From an uncultured Desulfobacter sp. (GTDB lineage: Bacteria; Desulfobacterota; Desulfobacteria; Desulfobacterales; Desulfobacteraceae): a stretch of 64,000 bases of DNA. The notes beneath the pieces are model-generated. The model saw nothing but the letters and a program-made list of their open reading frames with translations, was not told the DNA's origin and searched no databases. Made by a program: the position numbers and the translations under genes. The first letter of the stretch is position 1. The number at the start of each line of letters is the position of its first letter. Shown one piece after another: positions 1 through 9,490 of this stretch. The stretch is taken from positions 4,288,001-4,352,000 of the forward strand of contig OY762069.1 in NCBI GenBank assembly GCA_963665095.1, written 5' to 3'.

Positions 1-509
1 CCAAGGCTGATACGCATCAGAAACCGGTCCATCTGGGACTCTGGCAGCGGAAAGGTACCGGCCTGTTCCAGAGGATTCTGGGTGGCTATAACAAAAAACG
101 GGGCGTTCAGGGGCCGGGTCTGGCCTTCCACGGTGACCTGGCCCTCTTCCATGGCTTCCAGGAGCGCACTCTGACTTTTGGGGGTGGCCCGGTTGATTTC
201 ATCGGCCAGAAATACCTGGGTAAAAATGGGGCCGGAGTGAAAGGCAAACCCGCCTGTGTTTCTGTCAAACACCGAAACGCCGAGAATATCCCCGGGCAAA
301 AGATCCGAGGTGAACTGCATGCGTTTGAAATCCAGCCCCATCTCAGCAGCCAGGGCCTTGGCCAGGGTGGTTTTGCCAATACCCGGAAAATCTTCAATCA
401 AAAGATGTCCCTGGGCAAAAAAGCAGGCAAGGGCCAGGCGGATCTCGGATTCTTTTCCCAGAATTACCCGGGAAAGCCGGCCCACCATTTGTTCAATCGT
501 GTCTGGCAT
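1..509 (-). CDS. MoxR-family AAA+ ATPase (5' part; runs off the window start)
   Basis: Not in the ORF track because it is open-ended. Manual translation from ATG 509: [53 protein letters not shown]...[15 protein letters not shown]...[20 protein letters not shown]...[13 protein letters not shown], giving Walker A/B and MoxR signature motifs. Confidence 0.93.
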   Translation of the reverse strand, partial: MPDTIEQMVGRLSRVILGKESEIRLALACFFAQGHLLIEDFPGIGKTTLAKALAAEMGLDFKRMQFTSDLLPGDILGVSVFDRNTGGFAFHSGPIFTQVFLADEINRATPKSQSALLEAMEEGQVTVEGQTRPLNAPFFVIATQNPLEQAGTFPLPESQMDRFLMRISL

Positions 510-515
510 AGCCTT

Positions 516-2057
516 CTATTTTACTTTTCCTTTTTTCCAATTTCTGATCAGATTGATGAATGTCCGGGTGGCGGTTCCGGATGGCCCTTTGGGGATATAT
601 GCCTTTTTGGTAAAATCCCATGCTGTCCCGGCAATGTCCAGGTGGGCCCAGGGGGTTTTCCCCACAAAATTGGAGAGATATGCGGCTGCTGTTATGGTGC
701 CGGCCGGACGGCCACCGGTGTTTTTGATGTCTGCCACGTCCGATTCAATCTGCTTTTCATAATTTTTATTCAACGGCAGACGCCAGACCGGTTCCCCGGC
801 CAGGCTGCCGGCAGTCTCAACCGCTTTGACCAGGGCGTCGTTATTTGACACAACCCCTGTATAGTGGTGGCCAAGGCCGATGATTACCGCACCGGTGAGG
901 GTGGCGGCATCAAGTACGCAGGTGGGTTTATAGGTTTCAATACCATAGGCCAGGGCATCGCCCAGGATGAGCCGGCCTTCGGCATCGGTGTTGACCACCT
1001 CGCTGGTCACCCCGTTGTAATGGCGGATGATGTCCCCCGGGTGCAGGGCTTTGGAACCGGACATATTGTCCGTGGCAGGGACAATGGCCACCACTCCCAC
1101 ATCAGGCTTCTCAATGGCCACAGCCTGCATGGCGCACATGACTGCGGCCCCGCCGCACATGTCGTATTTCATCTCCTCCATGCCGGCGGACGGTTTGATG
1201 CTGATGCCCCCGGAATCAAAGGTCAGGCCCTTGCCCACAAGAAGAATCGTTTCTCCGGCACCTTCCGGCAGATACTCCAAAATCACCATGCGCGGCGGCA
1301 CATAGGAGCCCTGGTTCACTGCCAGAAGACCTCCCATGCCCATCTTCTCCATATCTTTCTTCTCCAGACAACGGTAGCCCAGACCGGTGTCCGCAGCCAG
1401 TTGTTTGGCATAGGAGGCAAAATCGGCAGAGGTCCAGTTGTTGCCCGGCTCATTGGCCATGTCCCTTGCCGTGCACGCTGAAAAACTGGCGGTTTTGGCA
1501 CTCTCAACCCCCTGGCGTACGATCTTAAGATTGTCTTTGCAGACAAATTTCAAGGCGCCCAGGCCAGGGTAGTCGGTCTTCTTTCTGGTACTTTCCTTAT
1601 ATTTTTCGAACCGGTAATCACCAAGGATAATCCCTTCGGCCAGTGCACCGGCAGCCTCTCCCAGGTCAGCCACACCAGGGGAGAGAAGCTTTGGCTCAGG
1701 CAGACAGATAACCGCATCTTTGGCTTTGACTTTTGCGCATACCTTTGCAACCTGTCCCCCGGCTTCCCTGAGCGTGTCAAGGGCCGTACCTTTGTCCTTT
1801 TCCTTGTTCACAGCCCCTGTGCCGATAACCAGCACCCGTAACGCATTAATTTTTGAACGGGAGGGCGGATAAAACAGCAGCTCTTCGCCAGCCTTGCCGG
1901 AAAAGTCCTTCAGGTCAAAAGCGGCTTTCACCTGGCTCTGAACTTTAGCGTCGCAAAGAGGCGCTTTCCCCTTTGACTCAACAGCCAGATATACCAGAAG
2001 ATCGGTTTTAATTGTTTCAGCAGCTTTGGTAATGGTAGTGATACGGTCTTTTTTCAT
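516..2057 (-). CDS. pepA: Leucyl aminopeptidase (M17 family)
   Basis: 513 aa; VGKGLTFDSGG, MKYDMCGG, NTDAEGRL, ATLTGA and WAHLDIAGT metal-binding motifs. Confidence 0.97.
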   Translation of the reverse strand: MKKDRITTITKAAETIKTDLLVYLAVESKGKAPLCDAKVQSQVKAAFDLKDFSGKAGEELLFYPPSRSKINALRVLVIGTGAVNKEKDKGTALDTLREAGGQVAKVCAKVKAKDAVICLPEPKLLSPGVADLGEAAGALAEGIILGDYRFEKYKESTRKKTDYPGLGALKFVCKDNLKIVRQGVESAKTASFSACTARDMANEPGNNWTSADFASYAKQLAADTGLGYRCLEKKDMEKMGMGGLLAVNQGSYVPPRMVILEYLPEGAGETILLVGKGLTFDSGGISIKPSAGMEEMKYDMCGGAAVMCAMQAVAIEKPDVGVVAIVPATDNMSGSKALHPGDIIRHYNGVTSEVVNTDAEGRLILGDALAYGIETYKPTCVLDAATLTGAVIIGLGHHYTGVVSNNDALVKAVETAGSLAGEPVWRLPLNKNYEKQIESDVADIKNTGGRPAGTITAAAYLSNFVGKTPWAHLDIAGTAWDFTKKAYIPKGPSGTATRTFINLIRNWKKGKVK

Positions 2058-2595
2058 ATGACACCTTTTCCCTGGATTTTAAAAGAGACAAACTAAATAA
2101 TGATTCCTGATATTTACCACAAAACAGCCCTTGGATAAAAGCCGAATAATTGGGGTCAGCATACCCCATTGCTTTTACCAGAGGCTGTCTGGAGCGGACA
2201 AAAATACCGCTGCCCCTGCCGATTTCTCTGTCCTGGTCATTATAGACAACCGCTTCGGATATAAACTGGGTTTTGTTTTGGTTCACCACCGTCCCCACGG
2301 CCCGCATCTGTCCGCCGGACACCGGTCTGGTCAGGTAGGTGGTGAAAGAGGTAGTCAAAACAAAAAATTCTTTTTCATATGAACTGGCGGCAAAAAAGGC
2401 GGCATCATCAAGCAGTTTAAAATAAACTGAGCCATGAACCGCCCTGGCTGCATGGAAAAATTTTTCGCTTAAGTTAATGGTAATCTCTGCCCGGCCTAAA
2501 CTCACCACCATGGTGGGACGGTACATCTCATTAATAGGGCCTGCCGCATACATGCGCTCCAGTGCCCGGAAATGGTCTGTTTCAGAAAAAGCCAT
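2017..2595 (-). CDS. PaaI-family hot-dog thioesterase with an unusual C-terminal extension
   Basis: FFHAARAVHGSVYFKLLDDAAFFAA motif; ATG 2595 preceded by GAGAGG; the tail after ~YADP is not PaaI-like and overlaps the pepA start by 41 bp. Confidence 0.85.
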   Translation of the reverse strand: MAFSETDHFRALERMYAAGPINEMYRPTMVVSLGRAEITINLSEKFFHAARAVHGSVYFKLLDDAAFFAASSYEKEFFVLTTSFTTYLTRPVSGGQMRAVGTVVNQNKTQFISEAVVYNDQDREIGRGSGIFVRSRQPLVKAMGYADPNYSAFIQGLFCGKYQESLFSLSLLKSREKVSYEKRPYHYHYQSC

Positions 2596-2631
2596 AAGAC
2601 CTCTCAATCAACTGTTAATATTAAATTATTG

Positions 2632-2688
2632 AAATAATTGGGGTCAGAGTAAAATTAAAATTTAATTTTACTCTGACCCCAATTATTT
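2632..2688. repeat. Perfect 57-bp palindrome (28-bp arms), REP-like
   Basis: AAATAATTGGGGTCAGAGTAAAATTAAA-A-TTTAATTTTACTCTGACCCCAATTATTT; overlaps the stop codon of the Fe-S gene; 15-bp partial copy at 2145-2159. Confidence 0.95.
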
Positions 2689-3978
2689 GGTTTTTTCCGC
2701 GTAAAGCTCTATGGGATGGCGGACCCGGATATTGGAACCGGCCTTTGCCAGCATGTCGGAGAGTTGCATCATGCAGGCCGGGCAGCCTGTGGCCACGGTG
2801 GTGCATCCGGTCTCCGCAATGGACTGCTGTTTGAGCCGGCCTATGGCACTTGATAACTCATAATGGTAAATGTTGAAACTGCCCCCCATACCGCAGCATC
2901 TGTCTGGTTCCGCCATCTCCACAAGCCTGCACCCTGCGGCCCGGATGACCTGGCGGGGCTGGGAAACCACGCCAAGTGATTTTTTCAGATGACAGGGGTC
3001 ATGGTAAGTAACGGTTTCTCCATGATCTTTTTGTGACCCTTCCGCTGGTTGCAGGCCTGCGTAATCCACCAGAAAAGCGCTGATGTCAAAAGTTTTCCTG
3101 GACAGAGCCTCAAGCTTTGCCTTTACCCCTGAAGACGGATTCGGGTAAACAGCGGGCCACAAATTTTTTATGGTAGCGGTGCAGGTGGCACAGGCTGTAA
3201 CCAGGACATCGAAGTTTCTTTCGTCAAAAATGGCCCGGTTATGTTCCACCAGGCGTTTGAAAGACGACATATCACCGGACGCCAGAGCGGGGATTCCGCA
3301 GCATCCCTGGTTGGCGGGAATGATCAGCCCTATATTGTGATGCTGCAGGACTTTAACACAAGCCCGCGCAATTCCTGGAAACACTTTATCAATAAGACAT
3401 CCGGTAAAAAACGCTGCTTTTAAATTTTTTCCGGGAAGGAAAAGTAGGGGCGCTTTTATCTCTTTGTGAAAAGAATTCGAAGCCAGAGGTACAAAATGAC
3501 GATCGTTAAGAAGTGGGGAGACCAGTCTGGCGCAGGACGTGCCCTGGGCATTGGCTTCGTCCCTGACAAACAGCCCCTGGAACCGGCCGGCCCATTCCGT
3601 AACCCGGTCAAAGAGGCGGGGGCTTGCCAGCATTTTTCTGAAGATCAATTTCTTCACCGGGGAGAGGGCGGTGTATTCAGCCAGAATAGCCCTGGCCCTG
3701 ATGAAAATCTCCACGGCGTTGACCCCGGACGGACAGTTGGCAGCACAGGACCCGCATAAAAGACACCGGTTCAGGCGTTCGTCCACACCCTGGGCGTCAG
3801 AAAACATATTCTCCATCAGCCCTGCAAGAAGCCTGATTTTCCCCCTTGCCACATCCGCTTCCCTGCGGGTCTGTTTAAAAAGAGGACACACAGACTGGCA
3901 CATCCCGCAGGAGACACAAATGCCAAGCTGTTTTTCAAGCGCCCTGACCCGGTCTGCCAGATCCTTCATATCCGCCAT
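2683..3978 (-). CDS. GlcF-like Fe-S protein (D-lactate/glycolate dehydrogenase Fe-S subunit)
   Basis: Two 4Fe-4S motifs (CVSCGMCQSVCP, CLLCGSCAANCP) and two CCG domains (CCGIP; YHDPCHL...CCGMGG). Confidence 0.9.
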   Translation of the reverse strand: MADMKDLADRVRALEKQLGICVSCGMCQSVCPLFKQTRREADVARGKIRLLAGLMENMFSDAQGVDERLNRCLLCGSCAANCPSGVNAVEIFIRARAILAEYTALSPVKKLIFRKMLASPRLFDRVTEWAGRFQGLFVRDEANAQGTSCARLVSPLLNDRHFVPLASNSFHKEIKAPLLFLPGKNLKAAFFTGCLIDKVFPGIARACVKVLQHHNIGLIIPANQGCCGIPALASGDMSSFKRLVEHNRAIFDERNFDVLVTACATCTATIKNLWPAVYPNPSSGVKAKLEALSRKTFDISAFLVDYAGLQPAEGSQKDHGETVTYHDPCHLKKSLGVVSQPRQVIRAAGCRLVEMAEPDRCCGMGGSFNIYHYELSSAIGRLKQQSIAETGCTTVATGCPACMMQLSDMLAKAGSNIRVRHPIELYAEKTK

Positions 3979-4004
3979 ATATATCAGCCTTTTTTGCTAT
4001 CTTC

Positions 4005-4130
4005 GTGTTTGAACGAAAAGTCACCCACCTGCGGCGTTGCTGCACAAAGCTGCAATCCTCACGTACTGAAGTACGCTCCGGTTGCAGCTTTGCTTGCGCC
4101 TTGCATCTGGGCAACTTTTCGTCCAAACAC
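4005..4130. mobile_element. MITE-like 126-bp structured repeat
   Basis: Terminal inverted repeats GTGTTTGAACGAAAAGTCACCCA / TGGGCAACTTTTCGTCCAAACAC plus nested stems (CAAAGCTGCAA...TTGCAGCTTTG; GTACT...AGTAC); no credible ORF. Confidence 0.75.
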
Positions 4131-4330
4131 CAAACAAGGGGTTTTCGTTCAGGCACTATCTTATTTTGCTGTTTTCAGCAGCACCATCTGCCGCCGGCCA
4201 AAAATTCAGCATACATTTCCGTCCTGTAAATATCAATCCTGGTCTGGTCCTCATTTCCCACTTATGGTAGTTTACTTTCTGTTATTTTACCGGGCTGCCG
4301 AATGTGCCAAAGGCTCACAGGATGGAAGAT

Positions 4331-4921
4331 ATGAAAGAAAGTACTCCGATTAAGACCTTTACTGATAATGCAACGCTTGTGTCTGCGAGAGTTTATCTGC
4401 AACAGACCCTGGACAGTGCATTTGAAAAAGCGGTGGAGCTGTGTGCCGGCAAACCGAAGCTTCAGCCCCAGATGCCACCCGTCCCGGCTTCAAGGGATAA
4501 AATAATGGCGGCCCCGAATTTGAACGAAGAGCTGTTTGGACTGCTGGCTGACAAATGCACCCGGACCGGTGGCATCGCCCTGATCCGGGACGAACTGCGC
4601 AATTACCCCGGCGGTATTGACATGGGAGTGACCATCATGGATTTCGGCATTGCAGAGACCGGCACCCTGGTGCTGGACGGCAGGTTCGAAGAGACCCGGC
4701 TTGCCACCATGCTGTCTGAATGGCATGTCGCCATATTGTTCACCTCAAAAATCCGGGAATCAGTCGCAGGCATGACAGATGAACTCAATGCCCTGATTGA
4801 GGAAACCGGTGCATACACCACCTTTATCACCGGGGCCAGCCGGACTGCGGACATAGAACGGGTACTGGCCATCGGGGTTCACGGACCTCTGGAACTGCAC
4901 ATCATTCTGGTGGAGGAATAA
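4331..4921 (+). CDS. LUD-domain lactate utilization protein (LutC/LldG type)
   Basis: GIAETGTLV and FITGASRTADIERVLAIGVHGP motifs; directly upstream of the LutB-type gene. Start at ATG 4331 is a judgement (ORF track starts at 4304). Confidence 0.9.
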   Translation: MKESTPIKTFTDNATLVSARVYLQQTLDSAFEKAVELCAGKPKLQPQMPPVPASRDKIMAAPNLNEELFGLLADKCTRTGGIALIRDELRNYPGGIDMGVTIMDFGIAETGTLVLDGRFEETRLATMLSEWHVAILFTSKIRESVAGMTDELNALIEETGAYTTFITGASRTADIERVLAIGVHGPLELHIILVEE

Positions 4922-4924
4922 GCC

Positions 4925-7078
4925 ATGCCCCCCCCAAAAAACAAAAAATCAGGTGAAAGTTTAAAAGCATACAAAGGCCGTGTGGATTCAGCGATCCACA
5001 ACACCTTCCTGCGCCAGGCCATGGACAAATTTGCCGTGGCTTACCCGGACTCCAGAGCAAAGGCCTTTGCCGGCATGGATGATAAGGCATTAATTCGTAT
5101 TGTGACCGATATCAAGGCGGATGCCGTCCAAAGAAATGAGGAGCTCCTGGCAGCCTTTACAAAAAAAGCTGAAAGCAAGGGCATCCATGTGCACCTGGCA
5201 AAAACCGCTGAGGACGCCAACCGCATCATTGCAGACATTGCTGAAAAAACCGGTTCCCGGCATATTGTAAAATCCAAATCCATGACGGCAGAAGAGATCC
5301 ACCTCAACAAATACCTGGAAACCAGAAACATGGAGGTGGTGGAAACCGATCTTGGGGAGTGGATTGTCCAGCTGCGCAAAGAAGGGCCCTCTCATATGGT
5401 CATGCCCGCCATCCACCTTTCCAGGTTCCAGGTGGCGGACCTGTTTTCAGATGTAACCGGCACTGCCCAGGAGAGCGACATTGAAAAACTGGTCAAGGTG
5501 GCCAGAAAGGAGCTGCGGGAAAAATTTGTCCAGGCGGACATGGGGATAACAGGTGCCAATTTTGTGCTGGCAGACACCGGCACCATCGGCATTGTCACCA
5601 ACGAGGGCAATGCCCGGCTGGTCTCCACGCTGCCTAAAGTTCATGTGGCCCTGGCAGGCATTGACAAGCTTCTGCCCGGCATCAAAGAAGCCCTGGCCGT
5701 CAATAAGGTCCTGCCCAGAAACGCCACGGGCCAGGCCATTACATCCTATGTCACCTGGATCACAGGGCCGTCTGAATGCACCACCTGTGATAGCGGCAAA
5801 CGGGAGATGCATGTGGTCCTGCTGGATAACGGCCGAAGCGCCATTGCCAAAGATGTGGTTTTCTCACAAATCCTGCAGTGCGTCAGATGCGGGGCCTGTG
5901 CCAATGTCTGTCCGGTCTACCGGATGGTGGGAGGCCACCAGCTCGGCCATATCTACATCGGGGCCATCGGCCTGATCACCACCTATTTTTTCCATGGCCG
6001 GGAGCATGCCAGACACCTGGTCAAAAACTGCACCAACTGCGGGGCGTGCAGGGAAGTCTGTGCTGCAGGTATTGACCTGCCCAATCTCATCAAAGATGTC
6101 CACGCCAGAATACAGGACGAAGAGGGGCATCCGCTCCAAAGCATTCTGCTGGGCCAGGTGTTGAAAAGCAGAAAGCTCTTCCACAGCCTTCTGCGGGTGG
6201 CCCAAATGGCCCAGGGCCCCATGACCCGTAAGGAAAAAGGGGCGGTCTATCTGCGCCACCTGCCCATGATTTTTTCAGACCAGAATTTCCGGCGGCTGCC
6301 TGCCATTGCAAAAACCCCGTTCAGGGACAGATTTGCAAAGCAGCACAGGACATCTGCCCCACCCGGATTTAAAGTGGCCCTGTTTTCAGGGTGTGTTCAG
6401 GATTTTGTTTATCCTGAACATCTTGAAGCCGCCATGAAGGGATTTGTCCAGGTGGGTGCCAGAGTTTCCTTTCCCATGGCGCAGACATGCTGTGGCCTGC
6501 CCGCTGTAAGCATGGGCGAAAAAGCTGCGGCCAGGGATGTGGCCCTGCAAAACATTGATGCCTTTTACAATGAGGAGGCAGATTACATTGTCACCTTGTG
6601 CGCCTCCTGCGCCTCCCATCTGAAGCACGGGGTGCCCAGGCTGGTAAAAGATTATGCCCCGGACAAGGCGGCCGCATTTGCGGACAAGGTCATGACCTTC
6701 AGCCAGTTCATGGCCCATGTGGCCGGACTGAAGCCCCGGCCCGGAAGCGGGCGAAAGACAGCATTTCATTCCCCCTGCCACCTGTGCCGGGGATTAGGGG
6801 AAAAAACAGGGCCCTGCAAATTAATAGAAGCGGCAGGAAACACCTACGTGGCCACAGCGGAAGAAGAGACCTGCTGCGGTTTTGGCGGCAGCTTTTCAGC
6901 CAGCTATCCGGAAGTATCTAATGAAATCTTAACCCGCAAGCTGGATGATGTGGAAAAAAGTGGCGCAGCCCTGCTTGTCACTGAATGCCCGGGATGTGTG
7001 CTTCAACTGCGGGGAGGCACCCTGGAGCAGGGACGCGGCTTGGAAGTGCGTCACCTGGCTGAAATGCTATTCCCTTGA
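4925..7078 (+). CDS. L-lactate dehydrogenase large subunit (LutB + LutA/CCG fusion, LldH type)
   Basis: 717 aa; KSKSMTAEEI, ETDLGEWIVQL, PSHMVMPAIH, TNEGN, CVRCGACANVCP, CTNCGACREVC, then two CCG domains. Confidence 0.92.
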   Translation: MPPPKNKKSGESLKAYKGRVDSAIHNTFLRQAMDKFAVAYPDSRAKAFAGMDDKALIRIVTDIKADAVQRNEELLAAFTKKAESKGIHVHLAKTAEDANRIIADIAEKTGSRHIVKSKSMTAEEIHLNKYLETRNMEVVETDLGEWIVQLRKEGPSHMVMPAIHLSRFQVADLFSDVTGTAQESDIEKLVKVARKELREKFVQADMGITGANFVLADTGTIGIVTNEGNARLVSTLPKVHVALAGIDKLLPGIKEALAVNKVLPRNATGQAITSYVTWITGPSECTTCDSGKREMHVVLLDNGRSAIAKDVVFSQILQCVRCGACANVCPVYRMVGGHQLGHIYIGAIGLITTYFFHGREHARHLVKNCTNCGACREVCAAGIDLPNLIKDVHARIQDEEGHPLQSILLGQVLKSRKLFHSLLRVAQMAQGPMTRKEKGAVYLRHLPMIFSDQNFRRLPAIAKTPFRDRFAKQHRTSAPPGFKVALFSGCVQDFVYPEHLEAAMKGFVQVGARVSFPMAQTCCGLPAVSMGEKAAARDVALQNIDAFYNEEADYIVTLCASCASHLKHGVPRLVKDYAPDKAAAFADKVMTFSQFMAHVAGLKPRPGSGRKTAFHSPCHLCRGLGEKTGPCKLIEAAGNTYVATAEEETCCGFGGSFSASYPEVSNEILTRKLDDVEKSGAALLVTECPGCVLQLRGGTLEQGRGLEVRHLAEMLFP

Positions 7079-7201
7079 TAAAAGCAGTGAAAATTTTCAA
7101 AACTGTACAAGCAGCTGTGTATAAACTATAAGGGCAAATGCTTTGATATCTTTGGTGTAACCGAAGAGGTGAAGCTATATATTTTAAAGGAGAATACAGG
7201 T

Positions 7202-8092
7202 ATGCGCAAAGGCATTATACTGGCAGGCGGTTCAGGCACCAGATTATATCCTTTGACACTTTCAGTGAGCAAACAACTCATGCCGGTGTATGACAAGCCT
7301 ATGATCTATTATCCCTTGTCGACCCTGATGCTGGCCGGCATACATGACATACTGATCATTACAACCCCCCATGACGCGGATCAGTTTAAAAAAGTGCTTA
7401 AGGACGGATCCCAGTGGGGTATCCGGCTGTCATATGAGATCCAGCCATCTCCCAACGGCTTGGCCGAAGCGTTTATCATCGCAGAACAATTCATCGGAAC
7501 AGACCCGGTGACCCTGATTCTGGGAGACAATATTTTTTACGGAGAAGGCCTTTCCAAAAGGCTGCAACGGATTGCGCAAAGCCAGTCCGGCGCTACAGTT
7601 TTCGGGTATTATGTCAAGGATCCCGAACGGTACGGTGTCGTGGAATTTGATGAGAAGGACAAAGTCATCAGCATCGAGGAAAAACCGGAACGTCCGAAAT
7701 CGAACTATGCTGTGACAGGTCTGTATTTTTATGACAACAAGGTGGTAGATATTGCAAAGCAGCTGACACCATCCGCCAGGGGTGAACTGGAAATCACCGA
7801 CGTCAATAAAATCTATCTGGAAAGAGAAGAGCTGACTGTGGAAAGATTCAGCCGGGGCACTGCCTGGCTGGATACCGGAACCCATGAATCGCTTCTGGAT
7901 GCAGGTATTTTTATCAGGGTGGTTGGAGAACGGCAGGATCTTAAAATAGCCTGCCTTGAAGAGATTGCCTTCAGAATGAACCTGATCGACATTGAACAGT
8001 TGCAGGAAGCTGCCTTTTCCATGAAAAAAAATGGATATGGAAAATACCTTATGAATATCGTTCAGCGAAAAAAGGATCAAAATGAAAATTAA
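7202..8092 (+). CDS. rfbA: Glucose-1-phosphate thymidylyltransferase
   Basis: [61 protein letters not shown] upstream. Confidence 0.98.
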   Translation: MRKGIILAGGSGTRLYPLTLSVSKQLMPVYDKPMIYYPLSTLMLAGIHDILIITTPHDADQFKKVLKDGSQWGIRLSYEIQPSPNGLAEAFIIAEQFIGTDPVTLILGDNIFYGEGLSKRLQRIAQSQSGATVFGYYVKDPERYGVVEFDEKDKVISIEEKPERPKSNYAVTGLYFYDNKVVDIAKQLTPSARGELEITDVNKIYLEREELTVERFSRGTAWLDTGTHESLLDAGIFIRVVGERQDLKIACLEEIAFRMNLIDIEQLQEAAFSMKKNGYGKYLMNIVQRKKDQNEN

Positions 8093-8630
8093 CAGGCTCG
8101 AAATCCCGGATGTGGTTCTCATGGAACCAGCTGTATTTGGGGATAACAGGGGTTTTTTTATGGAAACCTTCCGGGACAGTTACTTCAAAGAGAACATCGC
8201 AAACCTTACCTTTGTCCAGGACAACCACAGCCAGTCCACCCGGGGAATTCTAAGGGGCCTGCATTACCAGATTGAGCAGGCCCAGGGAAAGCTGGTCCGG
8301 GTCATTTCAGGTGAAGTGTTTGATGTGGCCGTGGACATAAGAAAAAATTCCGCCACCTTTGGTCAGTGGGTGGGAGAAACGCTCTCCGTGAACAACAGAA
8401 AAATGCTCTGGATTCCCCCGGGATTTGCCCATGGATTTTATGTCCTCAGTGAAACAGCGGAATTTGTCTATAAATGTACGGATTACTACGCGCCGGAGCA
8501 TGAGCGGTCCATCCGCTGGGATGATCCGGACATCGGCATCCAGTGGCCAATCGTTCCCGGATCTTCTCCGATTCTCTCCGAAAAGGATGAACAGGCAGAC
8601 AGCTTTAAAAAGGCCCAGGTGTACCCATGA
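8082..8630 (+). CDS. rfbC: dTDP-4-dehydrorhamnose 3,5-epimerase
   Basis: [37 protein letters not shown]. Confidence 0.97.
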   Translation: MKINRLEIPDVVLMEPAVFGDNRGFFMETFRDSYFKENIANLTFVQDNHSQSTRGILRGLHYQIEQAQGKLVRVISGEVFDVAVDIRKNSATFGQWVGETLSVNNRKMLWIPPGFAHGFYVLSETAEFVYKCTDYYAPEHERSIRWDDPDIGIQWPIVPGSSPILSEKDEQADSFKKAQVYP

Positions 8631-9490
8631 ACGTTTTGATCATTGGTTCCGGCGGACAATTGGGATGGGAACTTCAGCGGACCTGTCCCAAAGGCATTGG
8701 CATAGAAGCGGTGGATTTCCCGGAGATTGATCTTTTAAACCCTTCCAGCATTCGGCAATGCATCTCCCGCTCCTCTGCGGACTGGATTATCAATGCCGCA
8801 GCATACACGGCAGTAGACCCGGCGGAATCAGACCAAAAGGCTGCCTTCCGGATCAACCACGAGGCCGTATCAGACATTGCCACCCTTGCAGATGAAAAAA
8901 AAATCAGACTGGTCCATATTTCAACGGACTACGTGTTCAGCGGAAACCACTACAAACCCCTGCAGCCAGATGACCCGGTTGATCCCCAATCGGTATACGG
9001 CATGTCCAAATGGCAGGGGGAAGAGGCGGTCCGGAAAATCCTGAAAGAAAATACCCTGATCATCCGCACAGCATGGCTCTACTCCTCCCACGGCAAAAAC
9101 TTTGTTAAAACCATGCTCAACCTGATGTCAGCCGGAAAAGATCTCAATGTCATTGATGAGCAGGTGGGAACACCCACCTGGGCCTGGGGGCTGGCCCAGG
9201 CAGTCTGGGCATCCATAAAAAACTCCCTTTGCGGCACCTTCCACTGGACAGATGCAGGTGTTGCCTCCTGGTATGACTTTGCCGTGGCCATTCAGGAAGA
9301 AGGGATTGCCATGGGTCTTCTTGAACAGCCGGCAATCATTACCCCTGTGGACTCAAGCCGGTTCCCAACGGCGGCTGAAAGGCCTTACTACAGCATCCTG
9401 GATAAGAGGTCCTTCTGGCAGGCCACAAAGATAACGCCGATACACTGGCGACAACAGCTTCGATCCATGCTGGAAGAGATGAAACAATGA
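8627..9490 (+). CDS. rfbD: dTDP-4-dehydrorhamnose reductase
   Basis: GSGGQLG, NAAAYTAVD, ISTDYVF, YGMSK; ATGA overlap with rfbC. Confidence 0.96.
   Translation: MNVLIIGSGGQLGWELQRTCPKGIGIEAVDFPEIDLLNPSSIRQCISRSSADWIINAAAYTAVDPAESDQKAAFRINHEAVSDIATLADEKKIRLVHISTDYVFSGNHYKPLQPDDPVDPQSVYGMSKWQGEEAVRKILKENTLIIRTAWLYSSHGKNFVKTMLNLMSAGKDLNVIDEQVGTPTWAWGLAQAVWASIKNSLCGTFHWTDAGVASWYDFAVAIQEEGIAMGLLEQPAIITPVDSSRFPTAAERPYYSILDKRSFWQATKITPIHWRQQLRSMLEEMKQ

Noticed and set aside
237..1481. Plus-strand ORFs of 168-205 aa (237-848, 256-762, 864-1481)
   Set aside because: Antisense shadows of the MoxR and pepA genes with no recognisable motifs.
3935..4353. Several short ORFs across the intergenic region
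   Set aside because: They translate the MITE-like hairpin and promoter DNA; no coding signature.
7430..8122. 230-aa minus-strand ORF
   Set aside because: Antisense to the well-supported rfbA/rfbC genes.
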